In this document: piece after piece, positions 1-9,020 of the stretch
Position numbering within the stretch: the stretch's first letter is position 1
Layout of the letters: every line of letters begins with the position of its first letter
Assembly (NCBI GenBank): GCA_964291315.2
Contig: OZ219753.1
Coordinates: 960,001 to 1,024,000, forward strand
Direction: 5' to 3'
DNA from: Candidatus Poribacteria bacterium
Lineage (GTDB): Bacteria; Poribacteria; WGA-4E; WGA-3G
DNA length: 64,000 nucleotides
Notes under the pieces: generated by a model
Databases searched by the model: none
Told to the model about the DNA's origin: nothing
What the model saw: the letters and a program-made list of their open reading frames with translations, nothing else
Translations under genes and position numbers: made by a program

Positions 1-584
1 ATCTCCTCCAGATATTCAATAGTTCTCTGAGTGTCCACATCCGGAAAGAGTGCGTTTGATGCCCTTACGTGTGCGAGAGCTTCGTCAATAGTTTGAGGTA
101 TCTCTGCCATCATTTTGTATGTGCCGACAGCAATCGCCTCGGCGAGTTCCTCAATCCCCGGAACATCGCTGAACTGTTTAATCAGGGAGACACGGTTATA
201 TTCCGCATAGAGAGCTGGATCGGTCGTCTCATACCATCTGGGAGGCGGATACGGCTCGCCTTCCTCGTCCGCTGCCGCTTCCTCGTCCTCTTTGAAGATC
301 AGTGCTGTCCAGGGATCAACGTCTCCGTGGGTGTGTGGAGCGCCATCATCGTGCAACCAGGATGCCTCGGGCGGTTTCTTTGGATCAGTTACACCTGTCT
401 GGGAGTCCTCCTCGCCTGTGTGTGATGCCTCGGCTGGCGGTGTGTCGTGATCATGTTGGTCTGCTGGCGGTGGTGCTGGGAGCCTGCTGCTAAACTGGTG
501 CTTGTCAACCTGCAGGTAGACCGCTAAACCAACGCAAAATGCCAAAACGGCAACCGAGGCAATTCGCAAAACTCGCAGTATCAT
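1..584 (-). CDS. Membrane-anchored hypothetical protein with the same domain as the 1492-2547 repeat protein (runs off the left edge of the window)
   Basis: Not in the ORF track. Read manually from ATG at 584 with AAGGAGGG RBS: MILRVLRIASVAVLAFCVGLAVYLQVDKH..., then a Pro/His/Asp-rich linker, then PPPRWYETTDPALYAEYNRVSLIKQFSDVPGIEELAEAIAVGTYK, near-identical to the repeat in the neighbouring gene. Confidence 0.85.
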   Translation of the reverse strand, partial: MILRVLRIASVAVLAFCVGLAVYLQVDKHQFSSRLPAPPPADQHDHDTPPAEASHTGEEDSQTGVTDPKKPPEASWLHDDGAPHTHGDVDPWTALIFKEDEEAAADEEGEPYPPPRWYETTDPALYAEYNRVSLIKQFSDVPGIEELAEAIAVGTYKMMAEIPQTIDEALAHVRASNALFPDVDTQRTIEYLEE

Positions 585-607
585 CTTTTCCCCTCCTTCT
601 TTCCGTG

Positions 608-651
608 CGTTGTTAAAGTTGGCACCCCAATAAACCGCTGAGATGCCAACC
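608..651 (-). terminator. Terminator-like hairpin, copy 1
   Basis: Minus strand GTTGGCATCTCA-loop-TGGGGTGCCAAC-TTTA, 12-bp stem with G-U pairs; 43/44 identical to 1420-1463. Confidence 0.65.
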
Positions 652-785
652 ACCTATTCCTCACATTACATACGGAATGGGCTCATGTAAAGTATGTGTT
701 ATTTCTCTAAACACATCAATAAGCACTCGGAGAACATTTACTACTTGCACATGTTCTTGACACGAGCCACTCTCGCTCCGAGAGA

Positions 786-1088
786 CTACCACGGAGCGCA
801 GCAGCCGCTGCAAGACGTCACGATGTCAGTAGTACGGTTGTCGCGATAAACATAGTTCGTCTCGTGAGGTCTGTGAGACTCTCTGTGGTTCGAGGGCTCA
901 TAACTCTCCGAGTAGTATCTCCATTTATCAACACAGGTCTTGCCATCGTCCCTGACACACTTATAGTACTCCTTACCGCTCCAGACCGTTATTGGACCCG
1001 CCTCGGTTTTCCCCGGGAGAGTCATGATAACTACCGGTGCTGCTATCATGACGAGGAGGGTCAAGAGTGCCAAACTTCGCGTTAACAT
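786..1088 (-). CDS. Small secreted Cys-rich protein (100 aa)
   Basis: AAGGAG RBS, hydrophobic N-terminal signal (MLTRSLALLTLLVMIAAP), 5 Cys including a C-terminal CSGCC; upstream region duplicated in front of the 2547 gene. Confidence 0.75.
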   Translation of the reverse strand: MLTRSLALLTLLVMIAAPVVIMTLPGKTEAGPITVWSGKEYYKCVRDDGKTCVDKWRYYSESYEPSNHRESHRPHETNYVYRDNRTTDIVTSCSGCCAPW

Positions 1089-1400
1089 TTTTTTGCTCCT
1101 TTTATAGTGTGTGAGGAGGAAGGTTATGTGAGATCCGCTGATACATCCGCTGTATCAATCCGCCCTCAGAAAACTTCCTTCCACTCGTCTATATTATTCG
1201 CCACCGTCATTTCTGGCGATCTTCACTATATATATTACCTCTCGGCAGAAAAAGTTAAGGGTAAGATCGCATTTTTTTGCAGTTTTTCTCAAAAATTCGC
1301 TCAATTCCGCAATTTAACTCGGAACTTACCCGAAAACGCAACTGCACAACCTTGTTTTCAATGGAGGCATGCACACCGAAAAGAGTTGGTTGCACATCAC
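1036..1400 (-). repeat. Duplicated promoter/5'UTR/signal-peptide block, copy 1 (copy 2 at 2495-2831)
   Basis: Shared segments ggtgctgctatcatgacgagga, ttaacatttttttgctcctttta, gaaggttatgtgagatccgct, aaaattcgctcaattccg and ga(g/a)catgc(a/c)cac(c/t)gaaaa. Confidence 0.85.
1305..1324. promoter_or_regulatory. Palindromic operator-like site TTCCG-N10-CGGAA
   Basis: Arms conserved while the spacer diverges between this copy and 2711-2730. Confidence 0.45.
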
Positions 1401-1419
1401 ACGATCTTTGGCATGCGTC

Positions 1420-1463
1420 CGTTGTTAAAGTTGGCACCCCAATAAACCACTGAGATGCCAACC
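1420..1463 (-). terminator. Terminator-like hairpin, copy 2
   Basis: Same hairpin as 608-651, about 30 nt after the stop of the 1492-2547 gene. Confidence 0.7.
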
Positions 1464-1491
1464 TGTAGACAAACCTTTGAAACCGCGCGTA

Positions 1492-2547
1492 TCACTCGTC
1501 GGGGTCTTCTAGGACCTCATCGCTAAATATAGCCTCTATCTCTGCGGGGTCTTTTGTCGGGTCCTGGAGCAGGAGCTGTTTGAGTTCCATCGCCCCTTGC
1601 GGGTCCAGTCTTTTGAAGATGCGTATAGCCTCTGCCTCGCCAAATGCTTCTACAAGCGGTTGAAGAATCAGTGCAAAACGTTCATCTTCACCAATTTTTG
1701 AGGTATAGGGCTCCTTGGAATCTGTTATGCGCTCTAGATACTCAAGCGTTCTCTGGGTGTCCGCATCGGGAAAGAGCTCGTTTGTTGCCCTTATGTGTGC
1801 GACCGCTTCGTCGAGGGTCATGGGTATGTCTGCGCGCGTTTTATATGTGCCGACAGCAATCGCCTCGGCGAGTTGCTCAATCCCTGGCACATCATTGAAC
1901 TGTTTAATCAGGGAGACACGCTTATATTCGGCATAGAGGGCGGGATGACTCGTCTCATGCCACCCTGGCGGTGGATCCGGCCTTGCGGACTCGCCCTCTG
2001 CGCCGGCAATATCTACGGTTTCATCGCTAAATATAGCTTCTATCACTGCCGGGTCTTTTGTCGGGTCCTGGAGCAAGAGTCGTTTTATTTCCATCGCCGC
2101 TTGCGGGTCCAGTCTCTTGAAGATGCGCATAGCCTCTACTTCGCCAAACTCCTCTAAGAGCGGTTGAAGAATCAGTGCAAAACGTTCATCTTCACCAATT
2201 TTTGAGGTATAGGGCTCCTTGGAATCTGTTATGCGCTCTAGATACTCAAGCGTTCTCTGGGTGTCCGCATCGGGAAAGAGCTCGTTTGTTGCCCTTATGT
2301 GTGCGACCGCTTCGTCGAGGGTCATGGGTATGTCTGCGCGCGTTTTGTATGTGCCGACAGCAATCGCCTCGGCGAGTTCCTCAATCCCTGGCACATCATT
2401 GAACTGTTCGATCAGGGAGACACGCTTATATTCGGCATAGAGGGCGGGATGACTCGTCTCATGCCCCCCTGGCGGAAGAGACTGGACAGCTGCTGGTGCT
2501 GCTATCATGACGAGGAAGGTGAGGAGTGCTAAACTTTGCCTTAACAT
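1492..2547 (-). CDS. Secreted protein with a tandemly duplicated helical domain (168-aa period)
   Basis: Start reassigned to ATG 2547 (AAGGAG RBS, signal MLRQSLALLTFLVMIAAPAAVQS); two near-identical HETSHPALYAEYKRVSL...IEAIFSDE units. Confidence 0.85.
   Translation of the reverse strand: MLRQSLALLTFLVMIAAPAAVQSLPPGGHETSHPALYAEYKRVSLIEQFNDVPGIEELAEAIAVGTYKTRADIPMTLDEAVAHIRATNELFPDADTQRTLEYLERITDSKEPYTSKIGEDERFALILQPLLEEFGEVEAMRIFKRLDPQAAMEIKRLLLQDPTKDPAVIEAIFSDETVDIAGAEGESARPDPPPGWHETSHPALYAEYKRVSLIKQFNDVPGIEQLAEAIAVGTYKTRADIPMTLDEAVAHIRATNELFPDADTQRTLEYLERITDSKEPYTSKIGEDERFALILQPLVEAFGEAEAIRIFKRLDPQGAMELKQLLLQDPTKDPAEIEAIFSDEVLEDPDE
1517..2475. repeat. Intragenic direct repeat, 504-bp period (1517-1971 vs 2021-2475)
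   Basis: Near-identical nucleotide sequence; shadow ORFs 1715-1936 and 2219-2440 are offset by exactly 504 nt. Confidence 0.95.
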
Positions 2548-2831
2548 TTTTTTGCTCCTTTTATAATAGTGTGTGAAGAGGAAGGTTATGTGAGATCCGC
2601 TATATCCGTTCGTTCTCAGGGAACTTCCTTTCACTTTCTTATATTATTCGCTAATGCCATTTCTACAGAAAAGTTAGTAGTAGGGTTGCCATTTTCAAAA
2701 ATTCGCTCAATTCCGAAATGTAGTTCGGAATTTATCCAAAACTTAACGTCACAACTGTCCGTTAAATTGAGTGACGTATTCTGTTTCTATAATAGAGACA
2801 TGCCCACTGAAAAAAGTTAGTCACAAATCAC
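2495..2831 (-). repeat. Duplicated promoter/5'UTR/signal-peptide block, copy 2
   Basis: Aligns by eye to 1036-1400 with indels; contains the palindrome aattccga-N8-tcggaatt (2709-2732). Confidence 0.85.
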
Positions 2832-2993
2832 ATTTTTTTGATATAATGCAAGGAAGTCCGTTCAATTCGGCTCAAACAGATTCTGGAAAATATGGAGAAG
2901 AACGGTTTTATCCGTTGGCAGTGACAAGATCACAACGACGTGTGGATGGATTAAGACACCTGTCCTGCGTTAACAACTCGGAGGGGATAACAC

Positions 2994-3845
2994 ATGGACG
3001 CAAGCTGGTTAGACTATTGTGCAACTGCAGAGCAGCTCACAACATTTAACGACACCGGGTATCTCATTGTTGAGGATGCTATTAGTGCTGAGATGACAGA
3101 TGGCTTAGAGGCAGTTGCAGACCGAATTGATGCCGAAGAACGCGCCAAAACAGGGATAGAACCACACACATTACTATCCAAGTTTCGCGCTGTCTCTGAA
3201 GACGACTTGCTATTGGAGCTGCTCGACACTAAGAAGGTGTTTCCGCTACTTTGGGACATCCTGGGTTGGAACATCCAACTCTATATCTCACATCTCATCA
3301 TGTACCCGCCGGAGCCTCCGGATACGCCTCGCGTTAGCAGAGCGGCGCATTGGCATCAAGACGGCGGTAGACCTGTTCCGGAAATGGAGCGTCCACATCC
3401 GCGTCTTTCATTGAAGGTGAGCTATTGGCTAAGCGATGTGGTCGACCGCGACAACGGTGCAATGCGTCTTATTCCCGGGAGCCATACGCTCGATACACGC
3501 CCGCCCAACAGTGAAAACGATCCTGATGGAGATCCAGAAGGAGCAATGGATCTGCTCGTCAAACGCGGCACTGCTGTCCTCTTCGATAGACGGATGTGGC
3601 ATTCACGCGGTTGGAATTTCTCTGATGTAACGCGAAAAGTACTCTTCATGGGATATAGTTACCGTTGGCTGCGGGGTCTAGATTACAATCTCATGCCGTC
3701 GGCGCTTCTTGAAAAATGTAGTCCGATTCGACGGCAATTGTTAGGCGATGGTGTGGATATTAAAGGCTGGTGGCAACCTACGGACGCTGACGTGCCCTTA
3801 AAGACATGGATCGCAGAACATCGCGGCACAGAGCATTTACGCTAG
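2994..3845 (+). CDS. Phytanoyl-CoA dioxygenase family (PhyH) Fe/2OG oxygenase
   Basis: F-x2-xGYL N-terminus, WHQD (HxD), NGAMRLIPGSH, distal WHS His; GGAGGGG RBS. Confidence 0.9.
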   Translation: MDASWLDYCATAEQLTTFNDTGYLIVEDAISAEMTDGLEAVADRIDAEERAKTGIEPHTLLSKFRAVSEDDLLLELLDTKKVFPLLWDILGWNIQLYISHLIMYPPEPPDTPRVSRAAHWHQDGGRPVPEMERPHPRLSLKVSYWLSDVVDRDNGAMRLIPGSHTLDTRPPNSENDPDGDPEGAMDLLVKRGTAVLFDRRMWHSRGWNFSDVTRKVLFMGYSYRWLRGLDYNLMPSALLEKCSPIRRQLLGDGVDIKGWWQPTDADVPLKTWIAEHRGTEHLR

Positions 3846-3908
3846 ACAACTTCCAATCAGAAAGAACCGTCATGCCAAAATATCCGCCACCGCATCTGTA
3901 TTGTGTTG

Positions 3909-4628
3909 TTACTTGGTGCGTCTAATCCGGGCCCATGTTGTTGCAAGTTTCCCGATGGATTCAACCTCTGCGGGATCCTCCATCACAAATTCCTCAGGGG
4001 CCTTCTGATGGTCAGAAAGGCGCAATCCGTCAACGACACAGTTCGTCGGAAATTTTGGATCCGGTGGAGAAGCGTTATTAATCTCAAAGGTTTCCGCGAA
4101 CACGGTAGGTCCTTTTTTGAAAGGGGCATCCCCTTCGAGTTTGCCATCTAGATAGAGTTTCAAACCGTCTGGTCCCCAAGTGCCTGCCATGTGATGATGC
4201 TCTCCGCTTTTCCATTTCAGTGCTGCGCTGTCTGCGTTATGCCATGCACCGGCGCTTTTAATCCTCATTCGGGCGATCCCACCGGTGTCGAATTGTAGAA
4301 ATATGGCGTCGGTTCCGCGTTTGTAAGTCATGAACATGAAAAGTTCACTCTCGATCTCCGCGGTGTCCAAGCCCATCGTTACCCATAACTCGACACTCCC
4401 TTCGTCAAGGTTGACAAGGTGTCCATCCACTGGAAAGTGGATAACGTCGCCTACTTCTTCGCTCACAAACCCGTTGCCGTATTTCCCTGGTTTGAAGCTT
4501 CCTCCGTCAACAGTGGCTCCCTCCTTTTCAACTTCCGCTTTGCTCTCCAACGCAGAAAAGAAAGTTTCCTCTGCCATAGCCGTAGAAACACAAAGCAGCG
4601 TAATTGTCAAAAAGTACAGTGCTCTCAT
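3909..4628 (-). CDS. Secreted LamG/concanavalin-A-like jellyroll protein with C-terminal KLATTW tail
   Basis: Signal peptide; GSVELWV, WKSGEHHHMAGTW, LKLYLDGKL, VDGLRLSD motifs; ends VESIGKLATTWARIRRTK. Confidence 0.85.
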   Translation of the reverse strand: MRALYFLTITLLCVSTAMAEETFFSALESKAEVEKEGATVDGGSFKPGKYGNGFVSEEVGDVIHFPVDGHLVNLDEGSVELWVTMGLDTAEIESELFMFMTYKRGTDAIFLQFDTGGIARMRIKSAGAWHNADSAALKWKSGEHHHMAGTWGPDGLKLYLDGKLEGDAPFKKGPTVFAETFEINNASPPDPKFPTNCVVDGLRLSDHQKAPEEFVMEDPAEVESIGKLATTWARIRRTK

Positions 4629-4746
4629 AATATTTTCTCCTTTTTCTCAATAAAGTTTATGGACTCTTTCGGTTTTTGGCGTGTTGATCCGATGTAAGTA
4701 CCCCGTAAAAAAATTAGAGGCCGCGTTTATGCCTGTCCTCTCTCTA

Positions 4747-6024
4747 TTATTCTGATTTGAGTTTAGTAACGAGATATTCTTGTCCGCGGTTACCCTTTAC
4801 GCGATTGCAGTGTCCGCAAAGCAGCTGGAGATTGGAGGTATGATCAGTGCCTCCGACGGATTTGGCAATGATATGGTCAATTTCAAGGTGTTGTTCTTGG
4901 AAATGCTCTTTGCATCCGCTGCAATATCCTTTCTGCTTGCCATATAGCGCTGTTCTGTTTTCCGGTCTGTTGTAGCGTGGGAGCTTACCTAGATCTGTGC
5001 GTTTGGGAATATCTGTTCGGTGAATAATCTTCTGGAACAGGCCTTGCTCGTTTTTTATGCGTCTGACGACTAGCTCTGCGGCTTTCGGGCTGATGTCAAT
5101 ACCTATCCAGTTGCGCTGCAGTCTATCTGCTGCTACGCAAGTTGTTGCGCAGCCACAGAAGGGGTCAAAGACAACGTCGCCTGTGTTGCTGGATGCCTTG
5201 ATGATGCGTTCTAATAACTTAAGCGGTTTCTGTGTCGGATAGCCTGTCTTTTCTGCGGATCTTGGCCCAACAATAGACATGTTCCATATATCATCTATTG
5301 CGGGGCCTGGGGGTTGTTCGGGTTGTTGGACATCGTAAATTTTTCTTCCTTCTTGTTGCCACATAGGTAATTTAGCGATCACTTTGGGGTTGGATCTGTC
5401 ATAGATCGAAACGATTTTTTTTCCACCGCTTGATTTTGTGTTGTATCCACGTTGTTGTATCTGCTTCTGATTTTCTGTTAAGGCTTTATGATAAAGCTTG
5501 TTAAAGTTGTAATCTTTTGTAGCAGAATACATCAAGATAGTATCGTGATTCTGTTGGAAGTATCGAGCTTTATTCGGAAACTTCTTATAGTGCCACACAA
5601 TCTCGTTCCGAAAGTTCTGCCTTCCGAATACAGCGTCCATCATAATCTTGAGATAATGCGACATAGTTGGATCGCAGTGTAGATAGATAGAGCCTGTATG
5701 AGTGAGGACCCGTTTCATTTCCAGCAACCGCACTGCCATGTAGATGAGATATGCCTTATCGCTGTCTACGATTGCAGCGTGGATAACACGGTTGAGAGCG
5801 GGATGCTTTGTCTCAATGAGGTCGAGCCAGGTGATGTCTACATCGTTGAGCGTCCAGGTATCCTTGAACTCGGCGCCTGCGGCTTGTGAGCCGATGGGGG
5901 CAGCGTAGTTTGCTTTGCTATTGAAAGGTGGATCGAGATAGATGAGATCAACGGATTGAGTGTTCATGCCGCGCATGATCTGTAAGTTGTCGCCGGTGAA
6001 GATGGTTTTTGGTTTGATGTTCAT
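4747..6024 (-). CDS. Beta-class amino-DNA methyltransferase fused to a C-terminal HNH endonuclease (paralog 1)
   Basis: GDNL, DLIYLDPPFN (motif IV), YPTQKP, FDPFCGCATT (motif I); C-terminal CSGC...EIDHIIAKSVGG...NLQLLCGHCNRVKG. Start 6024 is preferred because it matches paralog 2 (6045 also possible). Confidence 0.9.
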   Translation of the reverse strand: MNIKPKTIFTGDNLQIMRGMNTQSVDLIYLDPPFNSKANYAAPIGSQAAGAEFKDTWTLNDVDITWLDLIETKHPALNRVIHAAIVDSDKAYLIYMAVRLLEMKRVLTHTGSIYLHCDPTMSHYLKIMMDAVFGRQNFRNEIVWHYKKFPNKARYFQQNHDTILMYSATKDYNFNKLYHKALTENQKQIQQRGYNTKSSGGKKIVSIYDRSNPKVIAKLPMWQQEGRKIYDVQQPEQPPGPAIDDIWNMSIVGPRSAEKTGYPTQKPLKLLERIIKASSNTGDVVFDPFCGCATTCVAADRLQRNWIGIDISPKAAELVVRRIKNEQGLFQKIIHRTDIPKRTDLGKLPRYNRPENRTALYGKQKGYCSGCKEHFQEQHLEIDHIIAKSVGGTDHTSNLQLLCGHCNRVKGNRGQEYLVTKLKSE

Positions 6025-6068
6025 AGTGTCCCTTTTTTTATTCATTGGGCTTTGGAGGCATATCGCTG

Positions 6069-6902
6069 TTACGACGCTCTCGCGTCCTGCAACCTCTGCT
6101 GGTCGCGGTTCGGTTTTCTAGAGAGCGCGTAGACATATGGCGATGTTAGCTGCTGATTCGGCACGCGAAGCGCCGCCAATAGGTTGCCTACAACAATATC
6201 GGTTAAGTTAACACATTTGCAAACCACTTCATGTCCCCATTTACCGATAACGGTGCGCCATGGAGAGTAATCGACAACACTTAGCTTGAGGGGGCCGCCC
6301 GTATAGCCGTACGCGGTCACATCAAAACCGGCGGCGTGCAATCTTGTAGCCAGATGCTTGGGTGGAATTACGTTGTGAGTCGCCAAGAGCTTCGGACTTG
6401 CAACGCGGGCTATTGGTGTGTACATCCCGCGCAAATTCGGTGCTATCGTCAGCATCGTCCCCCCGGGTTTGAGAAGATGATACATCTCCTCTAGAATCGC
6501 CCGCGGGTCACTGAAATGCTCTATTAACCCCATGGAGTACACGAAGTCAAACGCTGCGTGCTGCTCTTTGACGTATGTGAACAGGTCTTCACAGATAATT
6601 GTACCTTTTGCGCCTGCAAGTGCAAGGTTGCGTTCAGCGAGTTGACACCCCAATGCTGAAAAATCGACGCCGTAGCAGTCGCTTTCATAGCGCTGGGAAA
6701 GATACGGGAGCCATAACGAATCGGCGCATCCCAACTCAATGAGTGTTGGCTGTTTAAAACCGGAAAGCGCGCGATGGAATAAATCAGCGAGTTGGCGATT
6801 TGCTACATAGATCCAACGCAGATGGCGCACCTTATGCTGTTGAGCGTCCCAAAGCGTTGTCCAATAAGCTTCGTCTGTGAGTGGTGTAAATTTTGCGCCC
6901 AT
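6069..6902 (-). CDS. Class I SAM-dependent methyltransferase
   Basis: IELGCAD, YGVDFS, FDFVYSMGLIEHF, LLKPGG; start reassigned to ATG 6902, immediately after the upstream stop. Confidence 0.85.
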   Translation of the reverse strand: MGAKFTPLTDEAYWTTLWDAQQHKVRHLRWIYVANRQLADLFHRALSGFKQPTLIELGCADSLWLPYLSQRYESDCYGVDFSALGCQLAERNLALAGAKGTIICEDLFTYVKEQHAAFDFVYSMGLIEHFSDPRAILEEMYHLLKPGGTMLTIAPNLRGMYTPIARVASPKLLATHNVIPPKHLATRLHAAGFDVTAYGYTGGPLKLSVVDYSPWRTVIGKWGHEVVCKCVNLTDIVVGNLLAALRVPNQQLTSPYVYALSRKPNRDQQRLQDARAS

Positions 6903-6903
6903 A

Positions 6904-8394
6904 CTAATTTTCCTCTGATGCAACTGCATCGTGCTCCAAAATAGGACACAAGTCACAGAGCCAATCCGAACAATAGTTTTTGTGGAGGCGAAGAATCCCT
7001 TGCTCAATTTTGGCTGTTGGTTTCAAGTGCCGCAGCTGCTGCGCTTCAGTAAAGATTTGTTCATCAATCTTACGGATAATCTTGTTTCCGGATGACTTTG
7101 GAGCGACACTATATAGGTTTAGAATGGTCTCTTGCAATGTCTGGCTCTCCGATTCAACTGCCCAGATATAGACAACCGGTAAAATTTTATTGACAATAAT
7201 CTCCACTGCTCTCTGATTTCCGATCAGGGCCATCTTGCGGGCAGTGCTTACCCCGAAGGTACTGTGTGTTTCCCAATAGCCCGTCGCTTCAAGCGTCAAC
7301 AACGTTTGTAGTTCCTTCGTAATAGCTTTTTCGGTATCCGTGGATGCGGACTTTTCACATGTGGGCAGAAAATACATCATTAGACTGCCTTGACATTGAC
7401 CTATTAATTGACTCATTGCGGCGATACGTCGGATAGGATGGTTCGCGGGTCTACCGGCGAAACGCCAGTGAGTCTCTCGCATGCGCCGCGGCATCTCTGC
7501 ATATGCGGAAGTTGACCATAACGTCTCTAACGTTCTAATACTCGGATCGCTGGCTGCCTCATCAGAGAGTGGTTTCTCCCGCTGTGACGGTAGGAGTCCG
7601 GCAATTCCAAACAGAATAGCCTGAGTCTCTGCCTCGGATTTCTGATCGAGATCGGCGAAGGGAACGTGCTGTGCTAGCTCGCGCATCGCCTTGCTATTTT
7701 GACTATACCCCAGTGCCTCCATAATGCCCTCATAGAGAATTTGCTCAAAATCGAGCCGCGTTCTTAGAATACGCACGGACTCTGCTTTCTCTAGGAAACG
7801 TTCACGTCCCAAAGACTCAAAAACGCCTTTCAGCGCTTCCATATTCAGCGGTTTGCCTGTGATTCGACAGCTACCCTCGGCTGCTGTTTTTTCTTCGGCA
7901 GTATCGTATAGATCGCCGATGGGTTTGTCGATCCATTTCAGCATCTCCAAAGTTGGAACACGTTTGCCGTTCTGAAGGCGCGTCCGCAAATTGAAGTCAT
8001 CGTTAAAGAAGACGGCGTGGAGAATAACACGATTATACCGCGAATTGAGGTGATGTTTGTGTGCATACCATTCCGAGGAACAGACATGGATCTCAATATC
8101 GCCAATACAGAGCTTGCCATCAATCTCAATCTCGGCATGCATGAAATCGGGTCCCTCATCATGGTTCCAAACGCCGGGTTTTAACACACGGATTGGGCGC
8201 CTGTCAATTGATTCCATATCGGTGTCGAAAAAACGTTGATCATTCCATACCTTCTGTACAGAGGCCTCGTCTATTTTTTTTAAATCCGGCTTGTAGCTCT
8301 CATCGATCTCTCTGAACTGTTTTTTGAACTGTTTAAGGGGCTGTTTAAAGTTAGTTATATCATTCATAAACATTCCTATATTCTTTTTATTCAC
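6904..8394 (-). CDS. DUF2851 family protein
   Basis: PGVWNHDEGPDF, GDIEIH, WYAHKHH, VILHAV, ALGYSQN, RPANHPIRRIA, C-terminal CxxxxCxxC. Confidence 0.85.
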   Translation of the reverse strand: MNKKNIGMFMNDITNFKQPLKQFKKQFREIDESYKPDLKKIDEASVQKVWNDQRFFDTDMESIDRRPIRVLKPGVWNHDEGPDFMHAEIEIDGKLCIGDIEIHVCSSEWYAHKHHLNSRYNRVILHAVFFNDDFNLRTRLQNGKRVPTLEMLKWIDKPIGDLYDTAEEKTAAEGSCRITGKPLNMEALKGVFESLGRERFLEKAESVRILRTRLDFEQILYEGIMEALGYSQNSKAMRELAQHVPFADLDQKSEAETQAILFGIAGLLPSQREKPLSDEAASDPSIRTLETLWSTSAYAEMPRRMRETHWRFAGRPANHPIRRIAAMSQLIGQCQGSLMMYFLPTCEKSASTDTEKAITKELQTLLTLEATGYWETHSTFGVSTARKMALIGNQRAVEIIVNKILPVVYIWAVESESQTLQETILNLYSVAPKSSGNKIIRKIDEQIFTEAQQLRHLKPTAKIEQGILRLHKNYCSDWLCDLCPILEHDAVASEEN

Positions 8395-9020
8395 TTCGCC
8401 TCCTGAATTTCGGTCAGGAGTGCTTGCGTCGCGATAGCTGGTTCAGGATGTGCGCACACAGCGGAGATCACAGCAATGCCGTGTGCGCCTGCCCGAATTA
8501 CATCACTGGCGGTTTCTACGCCAATGCCGCCGATGGCGATAACAGGGCATGCCGCGATGTCACACATTCGCTGGAGATGCTCTAGGCCCTTAGCCGTTTC
8601 CGCGTCTGGTTTTGAAGTTGTGCCGTAGATGGGACCGAACCCGATGTAATCAGCGCCTTCTGTAATTGCTTCGAGTATTTTTTCTTCAGTTCGAGCAGAT
8701 GCCCCAATAAGAGCTTCCGGCGGGAAAATCCGTCTCCCGATGGAGACGTGCATATCGTCTTGCCCAAAGTGCGCACCTGCTGCACCGACAGCCAGCGCGA
8801 TGTCTGCTCTGTCATTCACAATCAACGGAATTTTATGCGCCTTACATACTTCCTGCATCTTTTGTGCGGTTGCTATCAATTCGCGAGTTGTGCCGTGTTT
8901 TTGTCGAAATTGCACCGTATCCGCCCCACCTTGAATTGCCAATTCCGCTAGTTCGGCATGTGTGAACTGAGATTGCAGCCTTGTATCCGTGATAACGTGA
9001 AGAACGCCGATATTTTTCAT
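8391..9020 (-). CDS. thiE: Thiamine-phosphate synthase
   Basis: VQFRQK, LIVNDRADIA, AHFGQDD, GPIYGTTSK, AIGGI, GIAVISAV. Confidence 0.95.
   Translation of the reverse strand: MKNIGVLHVITDTRLQSQFTHAELAELAIQGGADTVQFRQKHGTTRELIATAQKMQEVCKAHKIPLIVNDRADIALAVGAAGAHFGQDDMHVSIGRRIFPPEALIGASARTEEKILEAITEGADYIGFGPIYGTTSKPDAETAKGLEHLQRMCDIAACPVIAIGGIGVETASDVIRAGAHGIAVISAVCAHPEPAIATQALLTEIQEAK

Noticed and set aside
1-2547. Diversity-generating retroelement or retron explanation for the repeats
   Set aside because: No reverse transcriptase in the window, and differences between copies are not adenine-specific
69-2820. Plus-strand ORFs (69-425, 1644-2532, 1107-1445, 2569-2820) that look like paralog families
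   Set aside because: They are antisense or shadow frames of the duplicated minus-strand genes and duplicated upstream blocks
4629-6068. Terminal repeats or target-site duplications around the MTase-HNH genes
   Set aside because: None found by eye at either copy, so they are not annotated as mobile elements
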